64,000 bases of DNA from an uncultured Clostridium sp. (GTDB lineage: Bacteria; Bacillota; Clostridia; TANB77; CAG-508). The stretch lies in the NCBI GenBank assembly GCA_948467875.1, contig CAOKFZ010000003.1, positions 78,050 through 142,049 on the forward strand, given 5' to 3'. Position numbers and translations under genes: made by a program. This document shows positions 10,639-21,176 of the stretch, in pieces. Numbering within the stretch: the stretch's first letter is position 1; each line of letters starts with the position of its first letter. The notes below the pieces were generated by a model that had not been told where the DNA came from, ran no database searches, and saw only the letters and a list, made by a program, of their open reading frames with translations.

Positions 10639-10681
10639 GTGCAGAGCCTGACTTTCTTCAGTAACTCTGCACCTTTATTTT
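10639..10681 (+). terminator. Rho-independent terminator (stem GTGCAGAG/CTCTGCAC plus T-tract) after mecA. It overlaps the stop of the convergent ATPase gene.
   Basis: 8-bp perfect stem at 10639-10646 and 10665-10672, followed by CTTTATTTT. Confidence 0.6.
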
Positions 10682-12071
10682 ATGCCAATATCAAATCTTC
10701 TCTCTTCTTCGCTAATTTCTTTAATTCTGGCGTATAACCTGTAATCGAAAACAACACATATTTTTCTGTCCTCTTTTCCCTATTCCAATCCACTAACTTT
10801 GCCTTTTCCTTCAATTGATAAAATGTTTCTACCTCCATCAATTTATTTTTATAATATTTGCACTCGCCAAAAACAATATCTTTCCCCATGCTATCAATTC
10901 CCACAAGGTCAATTTCTTCCTTTGCATTCCACCACCTGCCTAATTTATCAAATGTCATGCCTAACTTTCCTTTTACATTCAAATCCCACAACTCTTCTCT
11001 ACAAACCTTTTCATACACATATGAAACATGATTATCCACAAAATTATTTTTTATTTTTCTTAGTACAATTCTCTTTTCATCCATTTCCAAAAAAGCTCGG
11101 TTCGGATAAACAAACTGAAACCAAAACGCAATAAAATGATCTTTAATATGGTACTGCCCTTTTTTACTTTTTTCTGGATTTTCCTCTGTCACAGGGACTT
11201 CTCTTTCTAAAATATCCAAATTAACCAACACTTGCAAATATTTCGATAAACTCGTTGGACTGACCGACAAATTAGAAGCAATATTTCCCAATTTTCTATT
11301 TCCTGCCGCAATTGATTTTATCACAGAAAAATAACTTCCCACTTCCGACACTTCACTCTGCAACAAAAAATGGGGTTCTTCATACAAATAGCTTTCAGGA
11401 TTCAAAATATGATTTTGAATTCCTGCATAAATATCCTCCTCGTTTTTAAAACTTTCAATATATTTCGGCACGCCGCCTGTTACCGCATATTTCTCAATCA
11501 ATTCTCGTTTTGAGATATTCCTTCTAAAAAATTCTTTATAATATCTAAACGGAATTTGCTTTAATTTTATTTGTCCTGTTCTTCTTCCATATAATGGACT
11601 ACTATAATTCAGCACTTGAGCCTCCATCATATGAATTAAAGAACCACATAAAATTACCATTACCTTTTTATCTTTCAAAAATTCATCCCATATTTTTTGG
11701 AAAATAGACGGAAAAGCTGGATTTGTCTTCCCCAAATATTGAAACTCGTCAATTATAATCACTTTTTTACTCTTTATTTTATTCTCCACAAGCATGCAAA
11801 ATAGAGGCTCCCACTCCTCAATCATGGCGGTTTCTAAAAATGGATTTGCTAAATTTTCAGCAATTAATTTTTTGAAATGATTTCGGTTCTGCGCTTCTGA
11901 TTCCTCTGTTACCAACCAATAAATCATATCTTTATTTTTTCCAAACTCCTTTATCAGCGACGTTTTTCCAATTCTTCTTCTCCCATAAAGCACAACAAAT
12001 GAGCTCTCTTTTTTCGCATATTCCTTTTCTAAAAACGCCATTTCCTGCTCTCTATCAATAAATTTCCCCAT
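10680..12071 (-). CDS. AAA+ ATPase of the archaeal-type ATPase / DUF234 family
   Basis: 463 aa with Walker A GRRRIGKTS, Walker B IIIDEFQ and a DUF234-like C-terminus. It is flanked by about 40-bp direct repeats. Confidence 0.7.
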   Translation of the reverse strand: MGKFIDREQEMAFLEKEYAKKESSFVVLYGRRRIGKTSLIKEFGKNKDMIYWLVTEESEAQNRNHFKKLIAENLANPFLETAMIEEWEPLFCMLVENKIKSKKVIIIDEFQYLGKTNPAFPSIFQKIWDEFLKDKKVMVILCGSLIHMMEAQVLNYSSPLYGRRTGQIKLKQIPFRYYKEFFRRNISKRELIEKYAVTGGVPKYIESFKNEEDIYAGIQNHILNPESYLYEEPHFLLQSEVSEVGSYFSVIKSIAAGNRKLGNIASNLSVSPTSLSKYLQVLVNLDILEREVPVTEENPEKSKKGQYHIKDHFIAFWFQFVYPNRAFLEMDEKRIVLRKIKNNFVDNHVSYVYEKVCREELWDLNVKGKLGMTFDKLGRWWNAKEEIDLVGIDSMGKDIVFGECKYYKNKLMEVETFYQLKEKAKLVDWNREKRTEKYVLFSITGYTPELKKLAKKREDLILA

Positions 12072-12112
12072 ATTTACCTCTCATTATTATTCTTATCATT
12101 ATTATATCATAG

Positions 12113-12153
12113 ATTATTATAATTTCAAGTATAATAATTAAAATTATAATATT
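12113..12153. repeat. About 41-bp direct repeat, copy B (ATTATTATAATTTCAAGTATAATAATTAAAATTATAATATT)
   Basis: Pairs with 10594..10634. Confidence 0.6.
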
Positions 12154-12198
12154 TTTTTAAAAACATAAAAATGAGCTACATTTCTGTAGCTCGTTTAT

Positions 12199-13257
12199 TT
12201 ATTCTTCTCCCTTTAACTTTTCAGCTCGATCTGTTGCAATCAAATTGTCGATTAATTCGTCCAAATCTCCATTTAAAAAATTCTCAAATTGAAAAATGCT
12301 CATACCAATTCTGTGGTCAGTAATACGCCCCTGTGGATAATTATAAGTTCTTATTTTCTCACTTCTATCGCCTGAACCTACCTGACTTTTTCGCTCATTG
12401 GCAACTGCTGAATCCTGCTTTTCTTTCTCTATTTCATACAATCTTGAGCGCAGCATTTTCATCGCATATTCTCGATTTTGCACCTGCGAACGCTGCGTTT
12501 GACATTCCACCACAATGCCACTTGGCTCATGAATCAAGCGAACTGCTGACGAAGTTTTATTGATATGCTGTCCACCCGCACCTGAAGCTCTAAATACTTC
12601 CATCTTAATATCCGCTGGATTGAGTTCCACTTCCACGTCTTCAACTTCTGGCAAAACAGCCACTGTGGCTGTTGATGTGTGAATACGTCCACTGCTTTCT
12701 GTATCAGGCACACGTTGCACACGATGTACGCCACTTTCAAACTTAAAACGGCTATACGCGCCTTTTCCTGTAATCATAAAAGTCACTTCTTTGTAGCCAC
12801 CAAGTTCGGTCGCATTTTCATTCACAATATCTAACTTCCAATGCTTTCTCTCCGCATACATCGAATACATACGGAACAAAGTCGCAGCAAAAAGCGCCGC
12901 TTCCTCCCCTCCTGCACCTGAACGAATTTCACAAATCACATTGCTATCATCATTGGGGTCTTTGGGAATTAGCAAAAACTTCAATTCTTCTTCAATCTGA
13001 GGAAGTTTTGCTTTGGCTTCTTCAAAGTCTGCACTTGCAAGTTCCTTTAATTCTGGATCGTTTAGCATTTCTTTGGCTTCTTCCATCTGCTGTTTCACAC
13101 ATTTATATTCTCGATATTTCTCTACAACATCTTGCATGCTTCCATGTTCTTTCATTAACTTTTGCCATTCTGCTTGATTGCTAATTACTTCTGAGTCACT
13201 AATTAAACGATTTAGCTCCTCATATCTTTTTTCTACGTCTTCTAATTTTTGAAACAT
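12199..13257 (-). CDS. prfA: Peptide chain release factor 1
   Basis: 352 aa with the GGQ motif ([14 protein letters not shown]) and an RF1-type P(A/D)T tripeptide ([20 protein letters not shown]). It is intact with no programmed frameshift. Confidence 0.85.
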   Translation of the reverse strand: MFQKLEDVEKRYEELNRLISDSEVISNQAEWQKLMKEHGSMQDVVEKYREYKCVKQQMEEAKEMLNDPELKELASADFEEAKAKLPQIEEELKFLLIPKDPNDDSNVICEIRSGAGGEEAALFAATLFRMYSMYAERKHWKLDIVNENATELGGYKEVTFMITGKGAYSRFKFESGVHRVQRVPDTESSGRIHTSTATVAVLPEVEDVEVELNPADIKMEVFRASGAGGQHINKTSSAVRLIHEPSGIVVECQTQRSQVQNREYAMKMLRSRLYEIEKEKQDSAVANERKSQVGSGDRSEKIRTYNYPQGRITDHRIGMSIFQFENFLNGDLDELIDNLIATDRAEKLKGEE

Positions 13258-13285
13258 ACTCTCATTCCTTTCTATTTCATGTTGT

Positions 13286-13314
13286 ATTATAACACATATT
13301 TTCTATTTTGCCAA
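13286..13314 (-). promoter_or_regulatory. Promoter for prfA: TTGGCA-N17 (TGTGT extended)-TATAAT
   Basis: The reverse complement reads TTGGCAaaatagaaaatatgtgtTATAAT, about 30 nt upstream of the prfA RBS. Confidence 0.5.
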
Positions 13315-13470
13315 TATTGTATAAAAAATAATTCAAAAAAACTTGCAATTTTTTCGACTTTATGTTAAACTATATATTAATTATATAAGTTGTTATACCA
13401 TCTGAAACTTAAGATGGTCCATAGAATACACATTTTTGCACTATCCACAACAAGTAAAGGAGTAAAAATA

Positions 13471-13914
13471 ATGAAGAAAAAAGTATTTTATAGTATTTTA
13501 GTTTTGTTTGTAGCAATAATCTCTGGATTAGTTGGAGAAACTATTGGCGAAAATCGGTCAAAAGAAACAGCAACCATTGCAGGATTTGAAGAAATTCAGT
13601 TGCAATCACTTAATAACCTCTCGAGTGATTCAGAAATTTATTTTGCAATGAGCCAAGCATTTGCAAGTGCAGCACACATTATGGGAAAAAATAATTTAAT
13701 TTCAAAGGAAGAAGAACTCAAAATAAACCAACAATTATTACACTTTTTAGAAAAAGCCCAAAAAAAGTTACAAAATGTTCCATCAAAATTTGAAATAACA
13801 CTTCAGAACCAAAAAAAATTAGTATCTCAAAATATTAAAGATATTAAAGAATTAAAAAAAGCTATCGAATTTTCAGATCAAACAAAAGAATTACTAGAGC
13901 AATTTGAAAAATAA
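13471..13914 (+). CDS. Hypothetical secreted or membrane-anchored protein (147 aa)
   Basis: ATG at 13471 follows RBS AAAGGAG. An N-terminal TM or signal region (VFYSILVLFVAIISGLVG) is followed by a Lys/Glu-rich helical region. The ORF-track start at 13390 is probably too far upstream. Confidence 0.45.
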   Translation: MKKKVFYSILVLFVAIISGLVGETIGENRSKETATIAGFEEIQLQSLNNLSSDSEIYFAMSQAFASAAHIMGKNNLISKEEELKINQQLLHFLEKAQKKLQNVPSKFEITLQNQKKLVSQNIKDIKELKKAIEFSDQTKELLEQFEK

Positions 13915-13943
13915 AAGTGCATTATAAATATGTGTATTCTAAA

Positions 13944-13982
13944 ACTTTCAGTACCCCTTGCGCTATCTAATAGTGCAAGGGG
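13944..13982 (+). terminator. Rho-independent terminator (CCCCTTGC...GCAAGGGG) between convergent genes
   Basis: 8-bp GC-rich stem at 13944-13951 and 13965-13972, followed by TTGCTATTTT. Confidence 0.6.
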
Positions 13983-13990
13983 TTGCTATT

Positions 13991-15598
13991 TTAAATATGT
14001 ATCAAATGGTATTCTATTTTTAATTGTTTCAAAATTTCCTCTTCTCGATTTGAACAAGTAAATATAATTACTTGCTGATTATACTTTTTATCTTGCAAAT
14101 AATGCAAAATATTTTTTAAACGTTGATTATCAAAATATGCAAAAGTTTCATCCAAAATAATAGGTAAATTTTCGCTTGAAATTTCAGAAAGCATACTTAA
14201 TCTTAACGATAAATACATTTCATCAATCGTACCAATGCTTAGTCTCTCAACTGGCATATATTCGCCCTTTTCCGCTTCTACCAAAATCCCTACTTCATCA
14301 TTTATTTTTATATTTTTATATTTTTCATTTGTTATACTAGAAATTATGTCACATAAATTTTGCTCAAATTTCGGGCTAATATTATGTTTCATTTCCTCAT
14401 ACGCCTTTTCCAATGCCTCTTTGGCAATTTCAAAAGAAACTTCTAATGACATAAGCTCTGTTTTTATTGCATTTTGCTCTTCAAGTTTTTCTTCAACTCG
14501 CGCTAACTCTTCCAATTTCTCATCAATATGATCCTTTTCAACCTCTAAAATATGTAACGCAACGTTTGTCTGATTAATCTCATTTTGAAGATTTTCTTGC
14601 TCTATTTCACACTTTTTAGCCATCTCTTGACTAACTTTTTGAAAAGTTTCAGCTTCTTGATTTGACTTTCTTTTCATCAAAATTCCAATTATTATCATAG
14701 GAATAATTGACACAACTCCAACCAAAATATTTCTGCTCAAAAAAATTAAAATCAAAGCTAGTACCATAAAAAATATTAACAAATACATATAAATATTGAT
14801 TTTTCTATTTACTTTTTCATTTTTTGCACTTTGCGAATTATTTTGTTTTTCTTTTAGTTTTGTCTTTTTTTCAAATAATTGATTTAATTTATTTTTTAAC
14901 TTTTCTTTTTCTTGCACCTGCTGAATTTGACTTTGTTTGTAATCACTTAATGCTTTCTTTTGCTCCAATAGCTGCTTCATTTTTTCATTTACAAGATTCA
15001 TCGGTTTTTGTCTCGTTCTTTCTGTACCAATGCTATCATTCTGCATTTTATTCAACTTTTCCATTGATTTTTTGAACGAAATATTATCATCTCCTGTAGA
15101 AACAAGATTGCTAATCTTTTGCATCATACCACTCGTATCAAGCCTTCCCAATTTAATTTCCTGTTGCCCAATCATGGCTGTATTCTTAAAAGATGGCTCA
15201 TCAATACCAATTTGCTCTTCTAAAAAGCAAATTCCCTTGGATTTATCTTGTCTAAAATTCTTCGAAATATCCTCCTGAAATTGATTATAAATGATTGGAT
15301 TTTTCTTTTTAAAATCTCGAAAAACTTCATATTCTTCGCCATTATCTAAAGTATATTTTACTTTTCCAGAATATTCCGAATTGTTCCATGGTTTATATTG
15401 GTCAAAATCAGAAATACTTTTTCCATTTTTTAGTTTCGATGCTCCGTAAAAAAGAGCTTGTATGCATTTTAAAATCGTCGATTTTCCTGCTTCATTTTCC
15501 CCATAAACCAGATTAATTCCCTCTTTTAATTCAATTTCTTGATCCTTTAATTTTCCAAAACCATTTATTTTTATTGTATCAATTTTCAAACTTTTCAC
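13991..15598 (-). CDS. yhaN: SbcC/YhaN-like AAA ATPase with a central transmembrane segment (DNA repair-type SMC-like ATPase)
   Basis: 535 aa. N-terminal Walker A (GENEAGKSTILK), long coiled-coils, a TM hairpin (LLIFFMVLALILIFL...IIGILM) and a C-terminal signature/Walker B (LPIILDETFAYFD). A Mre11-like phosphoesterase gene lies directly upstream. Confidence 0.7.
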   Translation of the reverse strand: MKSLKIDTIKINGFGKLKDQEIELKEGINLVYGENEAGKSTILKCIQALFYGASKLKNGKSISDFDQYKPWNNSEYSGKVKYTLDNGEEYEVFRDFKKKNPIIYNQFQEDISKNFRQDKSKGICFLEEQIGIDEPSFKNTAMIGQQEIKLGRLDTSGMMQKISNLVSTGDDNISFKKSMEKLNKMQNDSIGTERTRQKPMNLVNEKMKQLLEQKKALSDYKQSQIQQVQEKEKLKNKLNQLFEKKTKLKEKQNNSQSAKNEKVNRKINIYMYLLIFFMVLALILIFLSRNILVGVVSIIPMIIIGILMKRKSNQEAETFQKVSQEMAKKCEIEQENLQNEINQTNVALHILEVEKDHIDEKLEELARVEEKLEEQNAIKTELMSLEVSFEIAKEALEKAYEEMKHNISPKFEQNLCDIISSITNEKYKNIKINDEVGILVEAEKGEYMPVERLSIGTIDEMYLSLRLSMLSEISSENLPIILDETFAYFDNQRLKNILHYLQDKKYNQQVIIFTCSNREEEILKQLKIEYHLIHI

Positions 15599-15601
15599 CT
15601 C

Positions 15602-16673
15602 TTACATAACTTCTAATCCAATTTCAATCGCTTTTTTGATTTGTTCATCTGAATAATTTCCTTCTTGATATTTCTTGATAATTTCCCTGATAAAAATTCC
15701 TCGCAAATTATGCTCTTTTGCAATTTGCTCAACATCCACCCCAATTTGTGTTTCATCCTTTATTTTTAAAATATTTTGTGGTTCAATCAATTTCAAAATT
15801 TCTCTTGGTCGGATATCAAACTGCCTATTTCCCTGTAAAACAATCTCATACAAATTTTTATCATTTAATTTTAAATCCGAGATTTTTTCGACCAACTCTT
15901 CTGGACTTGTCATTTCATCCACAAAAAAATCATATTTCTCAAACATTCTTTCATCTAATTTTACAAATTCTATTTGCAGACCGTTTTCATCAATTTCGCC
16001 CACAATCATGCCATGCTCGCCCAGTTCATCAAACCCAAACGAAATCGGTGAACCTGAATAAACAATTTTCTTATTTTCCTGAAAATTCGTTTTGTGAATG
16101 TGCCCCATTGCCACATAATTAAATCCTAAGGAATTTATTTGGGACTCTCGTATTGGCTGATAAGAAAATCCGATTTTCGTCCTTTGCTCCATTCAAATCG
16201 CAATGTGTTACCAAAATATTCATTTTATCTGGATGTTTTATTTGAAGTGTTTCAAGTGGCGATTGTTCCATGTGAAAATCTGTAAAACCTGACATATAAA
16301 TGTCATATTTTGATTCTTCTATTATTTCCAAATTGCTTTTGCAAATATGTACATTTTCGCTCCAAGAAAATGTTTCATAATACGAGCCTTTGACATAAGG
16401 ATCATGATTTCCGGGAACTATCAAAATTTTCGTATTTGGTATTTCTTGAAATAACTGATTGACATATTCTATGGTCGATTTTCGGACATATTCATGGGCG
16501 TAAAAATCGCCTGCAATCAGCAAATAATCAACTTTCTCTTCTTTGCAATAATCTATTATTTTTTTGAAAATTTTGCGTTGTTCCAACCTACGAATATCAC
16601 TTAAATTTTCTATCGCATTCAGCCCTGAAAACGGCTGGTCAAAATGCATATCTGCAACATGAACAAATTTCAT
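15602..16673 (-). pseudogene. yhaO: Mre11/SbcD-like metallophosphoesterase (YhaO-like), split into 16673..16119 and 16192..15602 by a +1 frameshift. It may be a sequencing artefact.
   Basis: The N-terminal ORF has the phosphoesterase motifs DMHFD, GDFY and GNHDP. The C-terminal ORF has GHIH. Deleting the G at plus 16172 (aat[c]ggatt in the coding sense) gives ...CDLNGAKDENGFSYQPIRESQINSLGFNYVAMGHIHK. Confidence 0.75.
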
Positions 16674-16817
16674 CTTTTCTCCTTTTAAAAATCACATTTT
16701 ATAATATGACATCAAAATGTCATATTTAGATTTTATACTTAATTTTACTTATTATAAAACATTTGTTTGAATTTGTCAATAACTAACTTACTAAAAAATT
16801 ATTTTTTGTTGCATCTC

Positions 16818-16846
16818 TTTACATTTTATGTAAAATATGTTATAAT
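16818..16846 (+). promoter_or_regulatory. Consensus sigma-A-type promoter TTTACA-N17-TATAAT with the conserved spacer TTTTATGTAAAATATGT (family copy 3)
   Basis: -35 at 16818-16823 and -10 at 16841-16846. The spacer is almost identical to the minus-strand promoters at 25630..25658 and 47558..47586. Confidence 0.55.
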
Positions 16847-16892
16847 ATTATTGACATTATATTGTATAATCAACTTTAGGAGGTGCTTTAAT

Positions 16893-17192
16893 ATGCAAAT
16901 ACTTTATTGCAAAATTGAAACTGAATTAGGAAATTTATATATTTCACTTCTGCCACGGTACCAGCGCGATCCATATTGTGAAATAGTTTTTGTACCCGCT
17001 ACTCCATTATTACCAATTATGAAAATGGAGTATAAAAATCACAATATTTTCTTTTTTTCAGGATGGGAAAAGTCATGTGTAGAATTTCATGAGCGGTGCG
17101 AACTTATCCGTATCGTCGAAGAAGCTTTAAAATGGATAGAAATTTGGAACTTGACTGAATCTGATTTATACTGGCAAATCGTTCCATTTTGA
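16893..17192 (+). CDS. Hypothetical protein (99 aa)
   Basis: ATG at 16893 follows RBS TAGGAGGTG. The consensus promoter family sequence lies at 16818..16846. A terminator hairpin follows at 17209..17243. Confidence 0.45.
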   Translation: MQILYCKIETELGNLYISLLPRYQRDPYCEIVFVPATPLLPIMKMEYKNHNIFFFSGWEKSCVEFHERCELIRIVEEALKWIEIWNLTESDLYWQIVPF

Positions 17193-17208
17193 ATACAAAG
17201 CACAAACC

Positions 17209-17243
17209 AAGGGCGCTGTAATGGCGCCCTTGTGGTTTATTTT
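17209..17243. terminator. Bidirectional terminator hairpin (AAGGGCGC-tgtaatg-GCGCCCTT)
   Basis: 8-bp stem and 7-nt loop, with T/A-rich tracts on both sides. Confidence 0.6.
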
Positions 17244-19210
17244 AATCATCTAAACTACCAAACAATTCATCAAATTTGGCTTCTAATTCTTTTTGAATAT
17301 CTGTCAATTCTTCCTCCTTTTTTTGATCCTCCAAATTGGAATCCACCGGAAGCTTGCTAGCTGGATTAGCATCTGTCTTCAAGCCGGTGTCTTCCTCTTT
17401 AAACAAATCATCCAAGTTTTCTAGACTTTGCGGATTGCCACCTTTATTATCACTGTCTTCTACGTATGGATTGTATGGATTATATTTCCTCCAAACCCCT
17501 CTATCAACTTGAACATCGTTGTGATCAACTTTATATTTCTTTATTAATTTACCTTCTGGATATTTGAAATAATAATACTTTTTCGCCTTGACTGGCTTAA
17601 TACCTTTTTCATAAATGATGCACAAATCATCGTCCATACGACGAAGCTCGTCTGGCGTCATAAGTGCCCTTCCCATAATTTGGTCAGATTGACTTAAGCC
17701 TTGCTTCCAGTTGTCTCTATCTTTATTGACTGAAATACTGTCTCTTGTGATGGTTTTTTCTCCCAAAGCCTTTGAAAAATATTCCACCGTTTTCTGAGAG
17801 TTAGAACCCAAAAACAAGTGCGTATCGCAGTTTCCTAAAATGGTTTCATGCGCCTCTTTATAAACTGCTTCTAGCTGGTCTAAGTTCTGCAAAATAACAC
17901 TAAACGAAATTTTTCTACTTCTTGAAGTTGATATTTTTTTATCAAAATCTGGTATTTGACCAATGTTTGCAAATTCATCTAGAATAAAGTATGTAGGAAC
18001 TGGCAATGCGCCGCCACTCAAATCCGCGAAATCATACAATTGTTGTATCATTTGCGAGAAAAATATGGTAAGCAAAAAGTCATAAGCTGTATGTGTATCT
18101 GACGAAATCACAAATACTGCTGTTTTCTTTTTTCCAATTGAGGTAAAATCTATCGTGTTGCTTGAGGTTACTTCTGCGATGTCTCGTGAGTCAAATTTAC
18201 CAAGTTTTGATTGAAGCGTACTCAGAATGGAACCATACGTTTTTTCTGGCGCAATTTCGATGGATTTATAATTCATTCTTGCTGGATGGTCATAAGGCAA
18301 TTGGTTCATCAAGTTGGTTAATAAATTGTCGCCACCATTTTTGTTTGCCGCTCTTACAAGCTCTGCACAACTCGCCAAATTTTGCTCTTCTGGTGGACGT
18401 ACTGCTTTCAAATAATAAATCAATGATTTTAGCAACATCTCGCCCATATCTTCCCAATATGGATCTGAGCTTCCGCCGCTATCTTGCCCTTTTACAATAG
18501 TGTGTGCGATAACGTCAACATCGATTTCTCCATTGATGTGATGTAGCGGATTGTAGCTATCGCTGTTTTCTGGACGAACCAAATTTAGCACTTTGATATC
18601 ATAGCCATTTGCTTTAAAATAACCTGCTGTGTCGTCATACAACTCTCCTTTTGGATCTGTAAAAACGTAAGAACCAAGGAGCTGCAAAGCATTCGGTTTT
18701 ACGTAAGAAGCTGATTTACCAGCACCTGAACCTCCGTACTACTAGCACATTTACGTTACCACGTTTATCGACAGGCAAACGATTTTTTTCGGCCAAAATA
18801 ATTCCTTTATTTTTGCTCAAAACTGCATACTGCTCACCGTTTTCGCTCCAGTCACTCGAACCATTTTCAATGTCCTGAAATTCATGTTTCGGAAATGACT
18901 TGATAATTCCAACTAAAGCAAATAAACCCAAAATCAAAATGTACCATTTTAGCGCATTCAAAAATGCTGGCAAATATTCGCCAAAGCATATTCCCAAACT
19001 CGAAATTGGCTGTTGAATATTTTTGAATAATTGTTCATAAAATGTTGTCCAAAAATCGTCTCCTGCTTCGTTTGCCAAATTTCCTGCTTCAATCGAAACA
19101 GTCAGTGGTGCTAATCCTATGACTGCTATGACCAGCATAATGATTGCATATGCAATTAATTTTACTCTTATTTTTCGAATAGCTAATCTTAACTTATCAA
19201 AAAATCCCAT
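17242..19210 (-). pseudogene. Type IV secretion coupling protein (VirD4/TraG/TraD family T4CP), split at the Walker A motif by a +1 frameshift (19210..18716 and 18687..17242).
   Basis: The N-terminal ORF has 2 TM helices and ends ...GNVNVLVV. The next frame reads GGSGAGKSASYVKPNALQLLGSY..., followed by LDEFANIG and a TraG-like acidic C-terminal tail. Deleting the G at plus 18736 (gta[c]ggaggt in the coding sense) restores NVLVVGGSGAGKS. Confidence 0.75.
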
Positions 19211-19234
19211 AATTTTTCACCTTTTCTTCTGTAA

Positions 19235-19531
19235 CTATCTTTCTGTATCGACACTTTTATTTCTTGCTCTAGTTCCTGCTTTAATTGGCATAACGTCTGC
19301 TTTAAATCTCTCCTTGCTAATTCTTATTCTTCTAGCAAGCGTTTTATCAAATTTTATTTCTTCTTGTTTTATTTCTGGCACCGCACAGTTACATTGTATA
19401 AGTTCATAACCCTTTTCACCAAAAAATTTTTCTAACAAATCATCTGCTCTCTCATCTCTTACAACATTGATTGCTTTTCTTCCCTGGATTGATTTGTTTC
19501 CATTTTCTCCAATTGGATTATTGGTATTCAT
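19235..19531 (-). CDS. Hypothetical protein (98 aa), upstream of the T4CP gene
   Basis: ORF track. Basic C-terminus. No family recognised. Confidence 0.35.
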   Translation of the reverse strand: MNTNNPIGENGNKSIQGRKAINVVRDERADDLLEKFFGEKGYELIQCNCAVPEIKQEEIKFDKTLARRIRISKERFKADVMPIKAGTRARNKSVDTER

Positions 19532-19558
19532 AAAAAACTCCTCCTTTAAAGTCTACCC

Positions 19559-20074
19559 TTATTTAATTTCAAAGGCAAAATATTTTTTGCATGCTTTTAG
19601 CGTGCATTTTCCCTTGACCTCATTTGCATTTTCATCAAAATACAAATTTGGCTTTATCTCTTCTGTGGTTTCAGGGTCTATTATGGTAATAGGCCTTTTC
19701 ATATTTGGTGTATATTGAAATTCTCTATAAACCGTTTCTTTTTCGTTGTAAAGTGTTGAAAGTTTCATTGGCATTGGTTTTTTGGATAATTTTACTTCGT
19801 TATAATCCAAAAAGCCCGTATTGACAACGACTTTATCTTTTCCAAACGAGAAAAACACCAATGGATTGCCTTCTGGTGAAGGATTGTCAACAAAAAAAGT
19901 TTTCCTTTTTCGTTCACCAACAAGTTGTTCCGAATAATCTAGTCGCTCAATCGTAAATTTTGGTGCTCTGTCTAAAAATTCCTTTTCCGTTTTATTGATT
20001 TGGTATATCACAGTACTCACTTCTTTTGGATCTGTAATACTGAAATATTTCCCTTGTAAGTTACCCTCTTCCAT
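19559..20074 (-). CDS. Hypothetical protein (171 aa), upstream of the T4CP gene
   Basis: ORF track. No family recognised. It may belong to a decayed mobile element together with the T4CP. Confidence 0.35.
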   Translation of the reverse strand: MEEGNLQGKYFSITDPKEVSTVIYQINKTEKEFLDRAPKFTIERLDYSEQLVGERKRKTFFVDNPSPEGNPLVFFSFGKDKVVVNTGFLDYNEVKLSKKPMPMKLSTLYNEKETVYREFQYTPNMKRPITIIDPETTEEIKPNLYFDENANEVKGKCTLKACKKYFAFEIK

Positions 20075-20185
20075 TATTTTCTCTCCTTTACTACATATTT
20101 AAATGCGATTTTTCTTATGTATAAATTTTAACTTACTTTATTATTATACCATAATTTTCGTATTATGTCAATAATTAATGTTTTT

Positions 20186-21113
20186 TTATATGGCTGACAT
20201 TCTCGGATTAAATTTTGAAATGTGGTTCAATTCACTAAACAATTTTTTCTCTCGCTCATTTAGGCGTTTTGGTACCATGATTTTTGTTTCCAAAATGAGG
20301 TCTCCTCGTCCACCTTTTCCGTCTTTATAGCCTTTGCCTTCAATTTTTATCGTATCTCCACTTTGAATGCCTTGCGGTATGTACACACTAACATCTTCGT
20401 TAATGCCATTGACTGTCACTTTTGTGCTAAGCGCTGCTTCCCATGGCGTTAAAAATAAATTTGTCCTTAAATTGCAACCTTCTAGTCTAAATTTCTTATC
20501 ATTTGCAATTTTAATACGAATTAACAAATCTCCATTTTTTCCGCCATTTTGTCCCGGTTTTCCGTTGTCCCACAAGTCGGATTTTTTCGTTATTTTGAAT
20601 TCCAGATGGAAGTTGCACTTTGAGTGTTTTTAAGTCTCCATCAATGGTTCTGACTGCAATGGATTGTTCTTTTCCGCGAAAAGCATCTTCAATGGAAATA
20701 TTGACTTCTGTTTGCACATTTTCCCCTTTGCGTGCCTCTGCTTTCAAAGTTTTCGTTTCTGCAACTGCTCCAAAAAATAGATTGAAAAAATCGCTAAACA
20801 CAGAATCTTTCGTTCTTTTGCTTTCTTCATAAGTAGCATTTTTATTTTTGCGTCCTACCTGATGATTCCACATTCTGTCATATTTTCTTTTGCTCGACAT
20901 GCTTGACAATACTTTGTATGCTTCATTTATATCCTTAAAAATTTCCTCATTTTTCTGATTTCCGATATTGACATCTGGGTGATACTTTTTTGCCTGTTTT
21001 CGATACGCTTCTTTGATTTTATCCATTGAAACCTTGTTTGTCTCTAGCCCCAAAATTTTATAATAATCCTTAAAAATCATTTCAACATCCTCCGTACAAT
21101 TACTACTTGCCAT
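20186..21113 (-). pseudogene. cbpA: DnaJ-family co-chaperone (CbpA-like: J-domain plus C-terminal substrate-binding domains, no zinc finger), split by a +1 frameshift (21113..20511 and 20575..20186).
   Basis: The J-domain has an HPD motif (KYHPDVN). Deleting the G at plus 20564 (caa[c]ggaaaacc in the coding sense) restores ...EKIRLVGQGKPGQNGGKNGDLLIRIKI, a typical DnaJ CTD motif. Confidence 0.75.
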
Positions 21114-21176
21114 TATATCATTTGAATTTTAATTTGTGAATATCTTTTGATAAAAAATTACAAAAATTTTCTGGTG

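Noticed and set aside
12199-13257. Possible programmed +1 frameshift in a release-factor gene.
   Set aside because: The gene is RF1 (prfA), not RF2. Its PxT motif is RF1-type and the ORF is uninterrupted.
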